The notes: generated by a model not told the origin, from the letters alone. Positions 9,501-26,693 are shown, counted from the stretch's first letter. The stretch: 64,000 bases of DNA from Eledone cirrhosa (GCA_964016885.1 OZ024761.1:8060001-8124000); one strand, 5' to 3'. Made by a program: numbers and translations.

Positions 9501-12058
9501 TTTCAAATTTATCGGCAGCTAAACAAGACTTTAAAATAAGCAATAATGAAGAAAATTCCGAGCAACATTAGATAAATCTTACTTCCATATTAGCTTTTGT
9601 CAATTCAGTAGACCCCTCAACTTTATTAATAATCAAAAATCAAGGCCACTTATTGACACTGGACCAGACAAAACATTCATTTAACAAGAAGTCATGGTTT
9701 CTAAATGAGAGAATGTTTCTTTAACAAACACAAGTAGAAGGGATATTCACAGTGCATAGAAGTAGGAAATAACTTCTATCAAATAGATGTTCTAGTGGCC
9801 AAGAACTTAGTAGCTCCAGTTCTAATTGTGTTAGAAGTATTTTTTAAATGAAATTAAACTTAAAGGTATACTAAACCCACAAACGTTTATATTTATATAG
9901 GTCTTACCTAAATTAAAAAAAAAACGTACAAATTATTACGAGGAGGGTAAACATGAATTCATGCTAATAAATGTACCAGCAAAAAGGCTGCCTCAAGATT
10001 TGCTCTTGCTCTCAGAAGAAATCGAACTTATGCTTACGTCTACGACATAATTATGGCTGGAGAGGACACTCACTGAACATGACGAATCTACTGGAGATAG
10101 AAGACAACAAAAACAACCTGCCTACCTGAAATATTATATGTTATGATATTAAATATATTTCTTGTACTGTCATGTTTTTCCTTTAAAACGCTTGAATCTG
10201 AATAAAGTCTAGGAAACTATTATATACTTTTGTTATATGATTATACTTAATTCTTTAACTTGACTTATTATTTCTAACTTTTATTATAAGGAATACAAAC
10301 TTAATAAAATCCTATATCTGTATAAATATAATTGTCTGTGTGAAAGTAAATAATATGTATTTTGACAACGAGTTGTAAAAAGCAAGCTCGTCAATCTAGA
10401 ACAGTTCTACACTAACACAGACGGCAAAAGAAAAAAATAACCATTACCTCTTACAAACGAATACCAAATTGAATATGTTTCCGAAATACCGGTGTAACAC
10501 TAAATATATTACCGGGGCAACTAATTCAGTTTACCCTTTTATAAATCACTCCAGTCATTTCAAATCCTGGTCAGACTGCCGGGAATAAGAAAAAAAGTAA
10601 ACCGTTTTCCGAAGTTTCTAAATCTTCTAAAAATAGTAGCCAAATCTCTCACTGTCTCCAATGTATAATAAACTGTGACATTCACGGAACATGACGAATC
10701 TACTACAGATAGAAGACAAGAGAAACGACCATCCTGCCTGAAATATTATCTGTTACGATATTAAATATATTTCTTCTGCTATCATGATTTTTTCTTTAAA
10801 ACTTTGGAATCTCAATAACGTGGAGAAAACTATTATATACTATTGTTATATAATTATACGTTAGTTTTAACTTCACTTATTATTTCTAACTCTTCTCATT
10901 AGATAGAATACAAAGTTAATAATAAAATCCTATATGTGTATAGATATAATGTGTGTGAAAGTATGGTAATAAGCTACAGTTATACACTAACTCAGACGAC
11001 ATAAGAGACATTACCTCTAACGAACGAATGCGAGACAGATTATGTCTCGGATATACCGGTGTAAAACTAAAAATGTTACCGGTGCAACAGTTTCAGTTTA
11101 CCCTTTTATAGACACACTCCAGTCATTTCAAATCGTGTTCAGAGTACCGAGAATAAAAAAAAAAATAAAACCATTTGCCGAAGTATCTAAATCTACTAAA
11201 AGTAGCAGCCAAATCTCTCACTCTGTCTCCAATGAGTAGTAAACGGTTACTCATATATACATAGAGAGACAGATGTGTTGGTATATATTAGTGTATATAT
11301 ATTGGTATTTATATAAATTTGCGTGTAATTAAATGTATATTAGTCCATATATTCATATACAGTTATTCCCCGGTATTTGCGCGTGATACGGTCCTAGAGG
11401 ACCCGAGTATATTGAAAAAGCGCGAACATTGGAAGTGGTCCATAGAAATGCCTATAAACCACAAAATGTAACGTAAAATATAATAGAAATAGAGGAGCGC
11501 CTTATGAGAAGGGGTGTCCAATAGACCGGCAAATACGATGTATTGTTGTTAATAATTTAGCTTTAAAACAATATATATTGTCATGAAATATATATATTGC
11601 TTTCACTGCTCTTTCTAGCATACAGTAGAAAATAATCGGAAGTGGAGAAAATTGAAAAACTTCTTCTTTTTTCCTCCTCTAACTTTTCAAAACAAAAGAA
11701 AATTTTATGTAAACAAAAACGAAATTTTTGCCACGAATGATAACTCGTCTCTGACTTAAATCCAATTTTTGGATAAAAAAAAATACTTGTGTGCAGTTTT
11801 CATGTACACACTTGTTATTACTAGCTAGTCCTTCTTATTTTGTTTTGTTTTGGGGTCTTTCACTCCTATTGTCCGACCTTTTTCTGTTGTTCTCTATGCA
11901 TGTATGAATAAATATATATCTATATATGTACATATATATGCATACATTTTAATCTGTTCTTACTATAAATATTTGTTCTAGGGTATTTTATATATATATA
12001 TATTTTATATATACATAAAATCCTTATCGAGCTCTCTTTGGATTTTAGTTTTCACATT

Positions 12059-12110
<52 letters not shown>

Positions 12111-12881
12111 TTTATATATGTATATGCTGATGTAAACATTTAAATATGTTTATATTTATGGATAAGTATGTATATATAGATACGTGTGTTTATATATATG
12201 TATACATACATACATATATAATATATATGTGTGTGTGTGTGTGCATATATAAACACACACCCATACACATATATATATATATTTCTTTACACACTATTAA
12301 TATATTGAGTAAATTTTATTCACTGTCCCCCCCCCCTCCCTACAGGGTAAGTCGCAGCTACTTGCATCTATTACCCTGAGGAACCGATTTGACTGCTGTG
12401 TCTAGCAGGTTTAGAGTCTACTATTTTCCAAACATTTTTCTTTTACAACCTCCACTATGAACTCGAATTCAAATTACCGGGCAGTCGGTTGATAGTGGTA
12501 AACTAATATATCTACACCGGTAACTTAATTAGTGTTACACCGCTATTGCTCAAGTATAATCTATTTGGCATTCTTTAACGAAAGGTAGTTTGTTATGTCG
12601 TCTTAAATAGAGTATGTATACATACACGTATTTCTAAACAGTTTGACATTTATTCATAAGAGGTAATGGTTTCATTTAAACCCCGTCTCTTTTAGAATAT
12701 ATATACTCACAACACATCCAGAAATTAATAATTTTCTTAATAATATGATATTAACGTTTTTTAACGAAAAAGCTCATTGTATGTGTAGTTATACATGCAT
12801 TGAATTTAATGTAAACACGCCGTTTGTGGCACAAATATTAATTATATTATTTTACATACACATCCGTTATACAAAAAAATA

Positions 12882-12918
<37 letters not shown>

Positions 12919-15900
12919 TTCATTCTTTGTGTAACTAGAGTTACAGGCGATTCGCCCCTCCTCCAAGCCCTTGATACTGTGACAAGACGGTTTCAGTTAG
13001 GTTTTATTCCAGAATTAAAGCAACTGTACATTGTGAATAAAAGTAAGACCCAAAAGACTGTTACAGCATACATATTAACTTTATTGGCATATTAGAATTG
13101 TTTCAATATCGATATCTTTGGGTATAATCATATATATATATAGAAAGAGATAAATAGATGGATAGTGTGTGTGTATCTTTTATTTTGAACGTGAAATCAA
13201 TATACAAGCTGTGTCAAATCAATATGCAAGCTGTGTCTTCATTTTAAAGTGACATTTCTACCTCCCGGTGATTTGAACTCAGTTTCAAGTTACTCGATGA
13301 TATAATGAAGCGGAGAGACTATAAAAACGCTACACCGGTGGCATATTTAGTTTACACCGGTACGAGGTGCATGCAAGAGGTAATGTTTTATTTGTCTTCT
13401 GTGTTACAGGATAACACTAGTTTAATTTATACTACATGTTTGTAATATATATTGTCAACATAGCTATGATTTCATCTCGATTAGTAATTTCAACTCTTCG
13501 GAGGTTACTGCTCACATTTCATCTCTTCCACTAAGACACTCTCCACAACCTTTCCTCTCCTCGTATCATCACCCAATGTTGTGTCAATCTCCACAAAGCG
13601 AAAGTTTCTCATGTCTAACCCTTCTTGTCGAGAATGTCGGCTCCATGGAACTCCCTGTTTACTTCTTTCTGTAAAAAACAATGTTTGCAATAGTTTAAGT
13701 ACATTGAACTTAGTTTACGTTTTTCTATAATAAAAAAAACCCCACCTCAAGCAAGTGTTTCGACCACAAGTGTGTGTGCAGAATAAACGCAAGGTTTGAC
13801 GGAACAAGAAAATAAAAATGATTCCTTCTGACATTTAAATCTTTTACATGGTATTATATGTTCAACCTTGCAGGATGGATAAAATGAAGTATCAGTAATG
13901 CACTGGGACAATTGCTGGTCTTATGTCAAAAGTAGAAACAATTATATTAAGGGGTTTATGTACATTAAACAATAAAATGACCACTACATTTAACGACGCG
14001 TTGATATTAATAGACATACTTAGTCTTCATAGTTTACTACCTAGTTCATTTGTGTGTGTCTGCCTTATCGCTAAAGAAAGTTTTAAATGGTATGAAAACG
14101 TGTTGAATTGAAGCATGTTTATTTATATGCTGATTGTCTTACCATGAGGGAGAGACAAATAAAGCTTTAAATGGTATGACTACGTGTTCAAATCAGGTAA
14201 GTTCCTTATAGTATGAGGATAAAAAAAAAAAAAAATTATTGTTATTATAATCTGATTCGAAAGCCAACCACTGCATTCCCTAGTTCTATGTCTTACCACT
14301 AGACTATAAAGCCTTCGATTACTTTTTGTTAAATATATATCTATATAAACTTATTTTCAGTCTAACAATAAAATAACTTTAAATGTGTTAATTTTCACTA
14401 CTTATTTGTTGGTCTGTAGGTGGCCGTGTGGGTTATAGTGCTGTATCTATGCATGCTTTATATATGTATAGATTGGAGGTAGGCTTTCAATCTTCTTTAT
14501 CTAAAATTTAAAGTATTTTTATTTTTTTAATTAAAAGAACGGTCTCTACCTTCTGGGCTACCGGGGCCACCTTCATCTCGAAGCCACCTTTTTAGTTCCC
14601 CCCTACGCTCGAACCTTCACTACCTAACTACACTACCTACGATACCACCACTTTACCACACGCCCACCAAGCGGCCGTAATTCTACTGTGCAAATTTGAT
14701 ATATTTAAATCTACTTTAGCATTTCTTTAATAAAGAACCACCTACGATGTTTGACATAATTGAAAAAAAAAATTACTTTATTATTTCCTAAGCTCTGGCA
14801 GGTATCGAAAACCTCATTTTAATTTCACTTATGCTAAAAACACATATATAATATTAATTATTTTCTTTATAACTTTTCAGTGACAAAATACATACATTGA
14901 TAAGGTTTCCAATCTCAGAAATATCACCACGAGAGATGTGTTTGTGTATCTTTATTATTTATTTGAAAAGTAGTTTTAATTTTTTAAAATATATATTTCA
15001 CTATTTCCAAGGTCCTAGTAGATATTGCATCTTCATCTGTAGATTCATTTAAGTACATAGTATTTGACTTAGGTGAAAAGGATGTAATTATTTTTAAAAT
15101 TTTCTTTTCAAGTACCAAAATAAAAATACATTAGTAAGGATTTCAGTCTCATGAATTCGTGGTTGTTATAGACACTTAACTATTGTTGTAGGGCTGCCAT
15201 AATTACCGCCATGTGGGCATGCATTTAAACCTGACTGAGTCAATCCTCGTCTCCTCCTGGTCTAAAAACAGCCGATTTATTTTTCCAGAGAGAAAGAAAG
15301 ATACTTTTCTTGTCTATAAACGTTAATTTTGAACAAACGTTTTTCTATCTACCTGTCACCCGAAGAAAGACATGCTCGAATTATTAGTAAGTGTCATAAG
15401 AAAGGTTTGTAGATCTAAGTAACCTAACAAATAGATTTCACATTTATTGGCAATTAAACAAAACATAAAAATAAGCAATACTAAAGCCACAAACGTTTTC
15501 TATCTACGTCTCTCCTGAAGAAAATAACGCTCGAATTATTACGAGAAGTGTAAATAGATAAATAAAGCAAATGAACCATTAATTCATGTATATGCATGTA
15601 TGTAGTGTGTGTAAACATACTCTAGCACAGACGGAGTCTATCATTACCGCTTAAGAAACAAATTTTGGCATAATACTTACTAAATCTATTTTAGCAGTTC
15701 TTTAATAAACAAGAACATACGATGCTTGACATAATTGAAAACAAAAAATTTTACTATTTCATTAGCTCTGGCAGGTATCAAAAACCCTATATATAGATTC
15801 ATTTTAATTTCACTTGCGTGAAAAACGTACATTATTTTTTGATAATTTTTCAGTTACAAAATACATACATCGATAGGGTTTCGAATCTCAGAAATATTTC

Positions 15901-18900
15901 CACTAGAGATGTGGGTATTTCTCTTTATTATTCCTTTGAAAATGTGTTTTAGTCCTGGCAGATATCAACATCCCATCTATAGATTCATTTAAATATATTT
16001 TATTTAACTTACGTGAATTTGAAAACGATATAATTATTTTTAAAATGTTGTTTTCCACTATGTGTGCCTTTAAACCTTCTGAGTCAATTCTCCCCTCCTC
16101 CTGATCCTAAAACAGCCAATTTATTTTTCCAGAGCGAAAGAGAGATACATTTATTATGTCTTTAAACGTTAATTTTGCACATGACTTATAATTCCTTTTC
16201 CTTCTCTTTAGATTGAATAAACAAACACATTTTCCGTCTACAATTATATTCACAGTCAAGTTTTTGCTACATCTGATTCAAGCTGTTATGGATTTGGGAG
16301 GATCGTTATCCCAAAGTAAAATCTCCAGCTAAGAATTTATTCCGTAGTAAGTCTCATAAGAAAGGTTTGTAGGTATAAGCAACCTAACATATAGATTTCA
16401 AATTTATCGGCAGCTAAACAAGACTTTAAAATAAGCAATAATGAAGAAAATTCCGAGCAACATTAGATAAATCTTACTTCCATATTAGCTTTTGTCAATT
16501 CAGTAGACCCCTCAACTTTATTAATAATCAAAAATCAAGGCCACTTATTGACACTGGACCAGACAAAACATTCATTTAACAAGAAGTCATGGTTTCTAAA
16601 TGAGAGAATGTTTCTTTAACAAACACAAGTAGAAGGGATATTCACAGTGCATAGAAGTAGGAAATAACTTCTATCAAATAGATGTTCTAGTGGCCAAGAA
16701 CTTAGTAGCTCCAGTTCTAATTGTGTTAGAAGTATTTTTTAAATGAAATTAAACTTAAAGGTATACTAAACCCACAAACGTTTATATTTATATAGGTCTT
16801 ACCTAAATTTAAAAAAAAAAAACGTACAAATTATTACGAGGAGGGTAAACATGAATTCATGCTAATAAATGTACCACCAAAAAGGCTGCCTCAAGATTTG
16901 CTCTTGCTCTCAGAAGAAATCGAACTTATGCTTACGTCTACGACATAATTATGGCTGGAGAGGACACTCACTGAACATGACGAATCTACTGGAGATAGAA
17001 GACAACAGAAACAACCTGCCTACCTGAAATATTATATGTTATGATATTAAATATATTTCTTGTACTGTCATGTTTTTCCTTTAAAACGCTTGAATCTGAA
17101 TAAAGTCTAGGAAACTATTATATACTTTTGTTATATGATTATACTTAATTCTTTAACTTGACTTATTATTTCTAACTTTTATTATAAGGAATACAAACTT
17201 AATAAAATCCTATATCTGTATAAATATAATTGTCTGTGTGAAAGTAAATAATATGTATTTTGACAACGAGTTGTAAAAAGCAAGCTCGTCAATCTAGAAC
17301 AGTTCTACACTAACACAGACGGCAAAAGAAAAAAATAACCATTACCTCTTACAAACGAATACCAAATTGAATATGTTTCCGAAATACCGGTGTAACACTA
17401 AATATATTACCGGGGCAACTAATTCAGTTTACCCTTTTATAAATCACTCCAGTCATTTCAAATCCTGGTCAGACTGCCGGGAATAAGAAAAAAAGTAAAC
17501 CGTTTTCCGAAGTTTCTAAATCTTCTAAAAATAGTAGCCAAATCTCTCACTGTCTCCAATGTATAATAAACTGTGACATTCACGGAACATGACGAATCTA
17601 CTACAGATAGAAGACAAGAGAAACGACCATCCTGCCTGAAATATTATCTGTTACGATATTAAATATATTTCTTCTGCTATCATGATTTTTTCTTTAAAAC
17701 TTTGGAATCTCAATAACGTGGAGAAAACTATTATATACTATTGTTATATAATTATACGTTAGTTTTAACTTCACTTATTATTTCTAACTCTTCTCATTAG
17801 ATAGAATACAAAGTTAATAATAAAATCCTATATGTGTATAGATATAATGTGTGTGAAAGTATGGTAATAAGCTACAGTTATACACTAACTCAGACGACAT
17901 AAGAAACATTACCTCTAACGAACGAATGCGAGACAGATTATGTCTCGGATATACCGGTGTAAAACTAAAAATGTTACCGGTGCAACAGTTTCAGTTTACC
18001 CTTTTATAGACACACTCCAGTCATTTCAAATCGTGTTCAGAGTACCGAGAATAAAAAAAAAAATAAAACCATTTGCCGAAGTATCTAAATCTACTAAAAG
18101 TAGCAGCCAAATCTCTCACTCTGTCTCCAATGAGTAGTAAACGGTTACTCATATATACATAGAGAGACAGATGTGTTGGTATATATTAGTGTATATATAT
18201 TGGTATTTATATAAATTTGCGTGTAATTAAATGTATATTAGTCCATATATTCATATACAGTTATTCCCCGGTATTTGCGCGTGATACGGTCCTAGAGGAC
18301 CCGAGTATATTGAAAAAGCGCGAACATTGGAAGTGGTCCATAGAAATGCCTATAAACCACAAAATGTAACGTAAAATATAATAGAAATAGAGGAGCGCCT
18401 TATGAGAAGGGGTGTCCAATAGACCGGCAAATACGATGTATTGTTGTTAATAATTTAGCTTTAAAACAATATATATTGTCATGAAATATATATATTGCTT
18501 TCACTGCTCTTTCTAGCATACAGTAGAAAATAATCGGAAGTGGAGAAAATTGAAAAACTTCTTCTTTTTTCCTCCTCTAACTTTTCAAAACAAAAGAAAA
18601 TTTTATGTAAACAAAAACGAAATTTTTGCCACGAATGATAACTCGTCTCTGACTTAAATCCAATTTTTGGATAAAAAAAAATACTTGTGTGCAGTTTTCA
18701 TGTACACACTTGTTATTACTAGCTAGTCCTTCTTATTTTGTTTTGTTTTGGGGTCTTTCACTCCTATTGTCCGACCTTTTTCTGTTGTTCTCTATGCATG
18801 TATGAATAAATATATATCTATATATGTACATATATATGCATACATTTTAATCTGTTCTTACTATAAATATTTGTTCTAGGGTATTTTATATATATATATT

Positions 18901-18954
18901 TTATATATACATAAAATCCTTATCGAGCTCTCTTTGGATTTTAGTTTTCACATT

Positions 18955-18996
<42 letters not shown>

Positions 18997-19774
18997 TTTA
19001 TATATGTATATGCTGATGTAAACATTTAAATATGTTTATATTTATGGATAAGTATGTATATATAGATACGTGTGTTTATATATATGTATACATACATACA
19101 TATATAATATATATGTGTGTGTGTGTGTGCATATATAAACACACACCCATACACATATATATATATATTTCTTTACACACTATTAATATATTGAGTAAAT
19201 TTTATTCACTGCCCCCCCCCCCCCCCCCCTCCCTACAGGGTAAGTCGCAGCTACTTGCATCTATTACCCTGAGGAACCGATTTGACTGCTGTGTCTAGCA
19301 GGTTTAGAGTCTACTATTTTCCAAACATTTTTCTTTTACAACCTCCACTATGAACTCGAATTCAAATTACCGGGCAGTCGGTTGATAGTGGTAAACTAAT
19401 ATATCTACACCGGTAACTTAATTAGTGTTACACCGCTATTGCTCAAGTATAATCTATTTGGCATTCTTTAACGAAAGGTAGTTTGTTATGTCGTCTTAAA
19501 TAGAGTATGTTTACATACACGTATATCTAAACAGTTTGACATTTATTCATAAGAGGTAATGGTTTCATTTAAACCCCGTCTCTTTTAGAATATATATACT
19601 CACAACACATCCAGAAATTAATAATTTTCTTAATAATATGATATTAACGTTTTTTAACGAAAAAGCTCATTGTATGTGTAGTTATACATGCATTGAATTT
19701 AATGTAAACACGCCGTTTGTGGCACAAATATTAATTATATTATTTTACATACACATCCGTTATACAAAAAAATA

Positions 19775-19813
<39 letters not shown>

Positions 19814-22800
19814 TTCATTCTTTGTGTAACTAGAGTTACAGGCGATTCGCCCCTCCTCCAAGCCCTTGATACTGTGACAAGACGGTTTCAGTTAGGTTTT
19901 ATTCCAGAATTAAAGCAACTGTACATTGTGAATAAAAGTAAGACCCAAAAGACTGCTACAGCATACATATTAACTTTATTGGCATATTAGAATTGTTTCA
20001 ATATCGATATCTTTGGGTATAATCATATATATATATAGAAAGAGATAAATAGATGGATAGTGTGTGTGTATCTTTTATTTTGAACGTGAAATCAATATAC
20101 AAGCTGTGTGAAATCAATATGCAAGCTGTGTCAAATCAATATGCAAGCTGTGTCTTCATTTTAAAGTGACATTTCTACCTCCCGGTGATTTGAACTCAGT
20201 TTCAAGTTACTCGATGATATAATGAAGCGGAGAGACTATAAAAACGCTACACCGGTGGCATATTTAGTTTACACCGGTACGAGGTGCATGCAAGAGGTAA
20301 TGTTTTATTTGTCTTCTGTGTTACAGGATAACACTAGTTTAATTTATACTACATGTTTGTAATATATATTGTCAACATAGCTATGATTTCATCTCGATTA
20401 GTAATTTCAACTCTTCGGAGGTTACTGCTCACATTTCATCTCTTCCACTAAGACACTCTCCACAACCTTTCCTCTCCTCGTATCATCACCCAATGTTGTG
20501 TCAATCTCCACAAAGCGAAAGTTTCTCATGTCTAACCCTTCTTGTCGAGAATGTCGGCTCCATGGAACTCCCTGTTTACTTCTTTCTGTAAAAAACAATG
20601 TTTGCAATAGTTTAAGTACATTGAACTTAGTTTACGTTTTTCTATAATAAAAAAAACCCCACCTCAAGCAAGTGTTTCGACCACAAGTGTGTGTGCAGAA
20701 TAAACGCAAGGTTTGACGGAACAAGAAAATAAAAATGATTCCTTCTGACATTTAAATCTTTTACATGGTATTATATGTTCAACCTTGCAGGATGGATAAA
20801 ATGAAGTATCAGTAATGCACTGGGACAATTGCTGGTCTTATGTCAAAAGTAGAAACAATTATATTAAGGGGTTTATGTACATTAAACAATAAAATGACCA
20901 CTACATTTAACGACGCGTTGATATTAATAGACATACTTAGTCTTCATAGTTTACTACCTAGTTCATTTGTGTGTGTCTGCCTTATCGCTAAAGAAAGTTT
21001 TAAATGGTATGAAAACGTGTTGAATTGAAGCATGTTTATTTATATGCTGATTGTCTTACCATGAGGGAGAGACAAATAAAGCTTTAAATGGTATGACTAC
21101 GTGTTCAAATCAGGTAAGTTCCTTATAGTATGAGGATAAAAAAAAAAAAAAAATTATTGTTATTATAATCTGATTCGAAAGCCAACCACTGCATTCCCTA
21201 GTTCTATGTCTTACCACTAGACTATAAAGCCTTCGATTACTTTTTGTTAAATATATATCTATATAAACTTATTTTCAGTCTAACAATAAAATAACTTTAA
21301 ATGTGTTAATTTTCACTACTTATTTGTTGGTCTGTAGGTGGCCGTGTGGGTTATAGTGCTGTATCTATGCATGCTTTATATATGTATAGATTGGAGGTAG
21401 GCTTTCAATCTTCTTTATCTAAAATTTAAAGTATTTTTATTTTTTTAATTAAAAGAACGGTCTCTACCTTCTGGGCTACCGGGGCCACCTTCATCTCGAA
21501 GCCACCTTTTTAGTTCCCCCCTACGCTCGAACCTTCACTACCTAACTACACTACCTACGATACCACCACTTTACCACACGCCCACCAAGCGGCCGTAATT
21601 CTACTGTGCAAATTTGATATATTTAAATCTACTTTAGCATTTCTTTAATAAAGAACCACCTACGATGTTTGACATAATTGAAAAAAAAAATTACTTTATT
21701 ATTTCCTAAGCTCTGGCAGGTATCGAAAACCTCATTTTAATTTCACTTATGCTAAAAACACATATATAATATTAATTATTTTCTTTATAACTTTTCAGTG
21801 ACAAAATACATACATTGATAAGGTTTCCAATCTCAGAAATATCACCACGAGAGATGTGTTTGTGTATCTTTATTATTTATTTGAAAAGTAGTTTTAATTT
21901 TTTAAAATATATATTTCACTATTTCCAAGGTCCTAGTAGATATTGCATCTTCATCTGTAGATTCATTTAAGTACATAGTATTTGACTTAGGTGAAAAGGA
22001 TGTAATTATTTTTAAAATTTTCTTTTCAAGTACCAAAATAAAAATACATTAGTAAGGATTTCAGTCTCATGAATTCGTGGTTGTTATAGACACTTAACTA
22101 TTGTTGTAGGGCTGCCATAATTACCGCCATGTGGGCATGCATTTAAACCTGACTGAGTCAATCCTCGTCTCCTCCTGGTCTAAAAACAGCCGATTTATTT
22201 TTCCAGAGAGAAAGAAAGATACTTTTCTTGTCTATAAACGTTAATTTTGAACAAACGTTTTTCTATCTACCTGTCACCCGAAGAAAGACATGCTCGAATT
22301 ATTAGTAAGTGTCATAAGAAAGGTTTGTAGATCTAAGTAACCTAACAAATAGATTTCACATTTATTGGCAATTAAACAAAACATAAAAATAAGCAATACT
22401 AAAGCCACAAACGTTTTCTATCTACGTCTCTCCTGAAGAAAATAACGCTCGAATTATTACGAGAAGTGTAAATAGATAAATAAAGCTAATGAACCATTAA
22501 TTCATGTATATGCATGTATGTAGTGTGTGTAAACATACTCTAGCACAGACGGAGTCTATCATTACCGCTTAAGAAACAAATTTTGGCATAATACTTACTA
22601 AATCTATTTTAGCAGTTCTTTAATAAACAAGAACATACGATGCTTGACATAATTGAAAACAAAAAATTTTACTATTTCATTAGCTCTGGCAGGTATCAAA
22701 AACCCTATATATAGATTCATTTTAATTTCACTTGCGTGAAAAACGTACATTATTTTTTGATAATTTTTCAGTTACAAAATACATACATCGATAGGGTTTC

Positions 22801-25800
22801 GAATCTCAGAAATATTTCCACTAGAGATGTGGGTATTTCTCTTTATTATTCCTTTGAAAATGTGTTTTAGTCCTGGCAGATATCAACATCCCATCTATAG
22901 ATTCATTTAAATATATTTTATTTAACTTACGTGAATTTGAAAACGATATAATTATTTTTAAAATGTTGTTTTCCACTATGTGTGCCTTTAAACCTTCTGA
23001 GTCAATTCTCCCCTCCTCCTGATCCTAAAACAGCCAATTTATTTTTCCAGAGCGAAAGAGAGATACATTTATTATGTCTTTAAACGTTAATTTTGCACAT
23101 GACTTATAATTCCTTTTCCTTCTCTTTAGATTGAATAAACAAACACATTTTCCGTCTACAATTATATTCACAGTCAAGTTTTTGCTACATCTGATTCAAG
23201 CTGTTATGGATTTGGGAGGATCGTTATCCCAAAGTAAAATCTCCAGCTAAGAATTTATTCCGTAGTAAGTCTCATAAGAAAGGTTTGTAGGTATAAGCAA
23301 CCTAACATATAGATTTCAAATTTATCGGCAGCTAAACAAGACTTTAAAATAAGCAATAATGAAGAAAATTCCGAGCAACATTAGATAAATCTTACTTCCA
23401 TATTAGCTTTTGTCAATTCAGTAGACCCCTCAACTTTATTAATAATCAAAAATCAAGGCCACTTATTGACACTGGACCAGACAAAACATTCATTTAACAA
23501 GAAGTCATGGTTTCTAAATGAGAGAATGTTTCTTTAACAAACACAAGTAGAAGGGATATTCACAGTGCATAGAAGTAGGAAATAACTTCTATCAAATAGA
23601 TGTTCTAGTGGCCAAGAACTTAGTAGCTCCAGTTCTAATTGTGTTAGAAGTATTTTTTAAATGAAATTAAACTTAAAGGTATACTAAACCCACAAACGTT
23701 TATATTTATATAGGTCTTACCTAAATTTAAAAAAAAAAAACGTACAAATTATTACGAGGAGGGTAAACATGAATTCATGCTAATAAATGTACCACCAAAA
23801 AGGCTGCCTCAAGATTTGCTCTTGCTCTCAGAAGAAATCGAACTTATGCTTACGTCTACGACATAATTATGGCTGGAGAGGACACTCACTGAACATGACG
23901 AATCTACTGGAGATAGAAGACAACAGAAACAACCTGCCTACCTGAAATATTATATGTTATGATATTAAATATATTTCTTGTACTGTCATGTTTTTCCTTT
24001 AAAACGCTTGAATCTGAATAAAGTCTAGGAAACTATTATATACTTTTGTTATATGATTATACTTAATTCTTTAACTTGACTTATTATTTCTAACTTTTAT
24101 TATAAGGAATACAAACTTAATAAAATCCTATATCTGTATAAATATAATTGTCTGTGTGAAAGTAAATAATATGTATTTTGACAACGAGTTGTAAAAAGCA
24201 AGCTCGTCAATCTAGAACAGTTCTACACTAACACAGACGGCAAAAGAAAAAAATAACCATTACCTCTTACAAACGAATACCAAATTGAATATGTTTCCGA
24301 AATACCGGTGTAACACTAAATATATTACCGGGGCAACTAATTCAGTTTACCCTTTTATAAATCACTCCAGTCATTTCAAATCCTGGTCAGACTGCCGGGA
24401 ATAAGAAAAAAAGTAAACCGTTTTCCGAAGTTTCTAAATCTTCTAAAAATAGTAGCCAAATCTCTCACTGTCTCCAATGTATAATAAACTGTGACATTCA
24501 CGGAACATGACGAATCTACTACAGATAGAAGACAAGAGAAACGACCATCCTGCCTGAAATATTATCTGTTACGATATTAAATATATTTCTTCTGCTATCA
24601 TGATTTTTTCTTTAAAACTTTGGAATCTCAATAACGTGGAGAAAACTATTATATACTATTGTTATATAATTATACGTTAGTTTTAACTTCACTTATTATT
24701 TCTAACTCTTCTCATTAGATAGAATACAAAGTTAATAATAAAATCCTATATGTGTATAGATATAATGTGTGTGAAAGTATGGTAATAAGCTACAGTTATA
24801 CACTAACTCAGACGACATAAGAAACATTACCTCTAACGAACGAATGCGAGACAGATTATGTCTCGGATATACCGGTGTAAAACTAAAAATGTTACCGGTG
24901 CAACAGTTTCAGTTTACCCTTTTATAGACACACTCCAGTCATTTCAAATCGTATTCAGAGTACCCAGAATAAAAAAAAAAATAAAACCATTTGCCGAAGT
25001 ATCTAAATCTACTAAAAGTAGCAGCCAAATCTCTCACTCTGTCTCCAATGAGTAGTAAACGGTTACTCATATATACATAGAGAGACAGATGTGTTGGTAT
25101 ATATTAGTGTATATATATTGGTATTTATATAAATTTGCGTGTAATTAAATGTATATTAGTCCATATATTCATATACAGTTATTCCCCGGTATTTGCGCGT
25201 GATACGGTCCTAGAGGACCCGAGTATATTGAAAAAGCGCGAACATTGGAAGTGGTCCATAGAAATGCCTATAAACCACAAAATGTAACGTAAAATATAAT
25301 AGAAATAGAGGAGCGCCTTATGAGAAGGGGTGTCCAATAGACCGGCAAATACGATGTATTGTTGTTAATAATTTAGCTTTAAAACAATATATATTGTCAT
25401 GAAATATATATATTGCTTTCACTGCTCTTTCTAGCATACAGTAGAAAATAATCGGAAGTGGAGAAAATTGAAAAACTTCTTCTTTTTTCCTCCTCTAACT
25501 TTTCAAAACAAAAGAAAATTTTATGTAAACAAAAACGAAATTTTTGCCACGAATGATAACTCGTCTCTGACTTAAATCCAATTTTTGGATAAAAAAAAAT
25601 ACTTGTGTGCAGTTTTCATGTACACACTTGTTATTACTAGCTAGTCCTTCTTATTTTGTTTTGTTTTGGGGTCTTTCACTCCTATTGTCCGACCTTTTTC
25701 TGTTGTTCTCTATGCATGTATGAATAAATATATATCTATATATGTACATATATATGCATACATTTTAATCTGTTCTTACTATAAATATTTGTTCTAGGGT

Positions 25801-25872
25801 ATTTTATATATATATATTTTATATATACATAAAATCCTTATCGAGCTCTCTTTGGATTTTAGTTTTCACATT

Positions 25873-25922
<50 letters not shown>

Positions 25923-26693
25923 TTTATATATGTATATGCTGATGTAAACATTTAAATATGTTTATATTTATGGATAAGTATGTATATATAGATACGTGTG
26001 TTTATATATATGTATACATACATACATATATAATATATATGTGTGTGTGTGTGTGCATATATAAACACACACCCATACACATATATATATATATTTCTTT
26101 ACACACTATTAATATATTGAGTAAATTTTATTCACTGCCCCCCCCCCCTCCCTACAGGGTAAGTCGCAGCTACTTGCATCTATTACCCTGAGGAACCGAT
26201 TTGACTGCTGTGTCTAGCAGGTTTAGAGTCTACTATTTTCCAAACATTTTTCTTTTACAACCTCCACTATGAACTCGAATTCAAATTACCGGGCAGTCGG
26301 TTGATAGTGGTAAACTAATATATCTACACCGGTAACTTAATTAGTGTTACACCGCTATTGCTCAAGTATAATCTATTTGGCATTCTTTAACGAAAGGTAG
26401 TTTGTTATGTCGTCTTAAATAGAGTATGTTTACATACACGTATATCTAAACAGTTTGACATTTATTCATAAGAGGTAATGGTTTCATTTAAACCCCGTCT
26501 CTTTTAGAATATATATACTCACAACACATCCAGAAATTAATAATTTTCTTAATAATATGATATTAACGTTTTTTAACGAAAAAGCTCATTGTATGTGTAG
26601 TTATACATGCATTGAATTTAATGTAAACACGCCGTTTGTGGCACAAATATTAATTATATTATTTTACATACACATCCGTTATACAAAAAAATA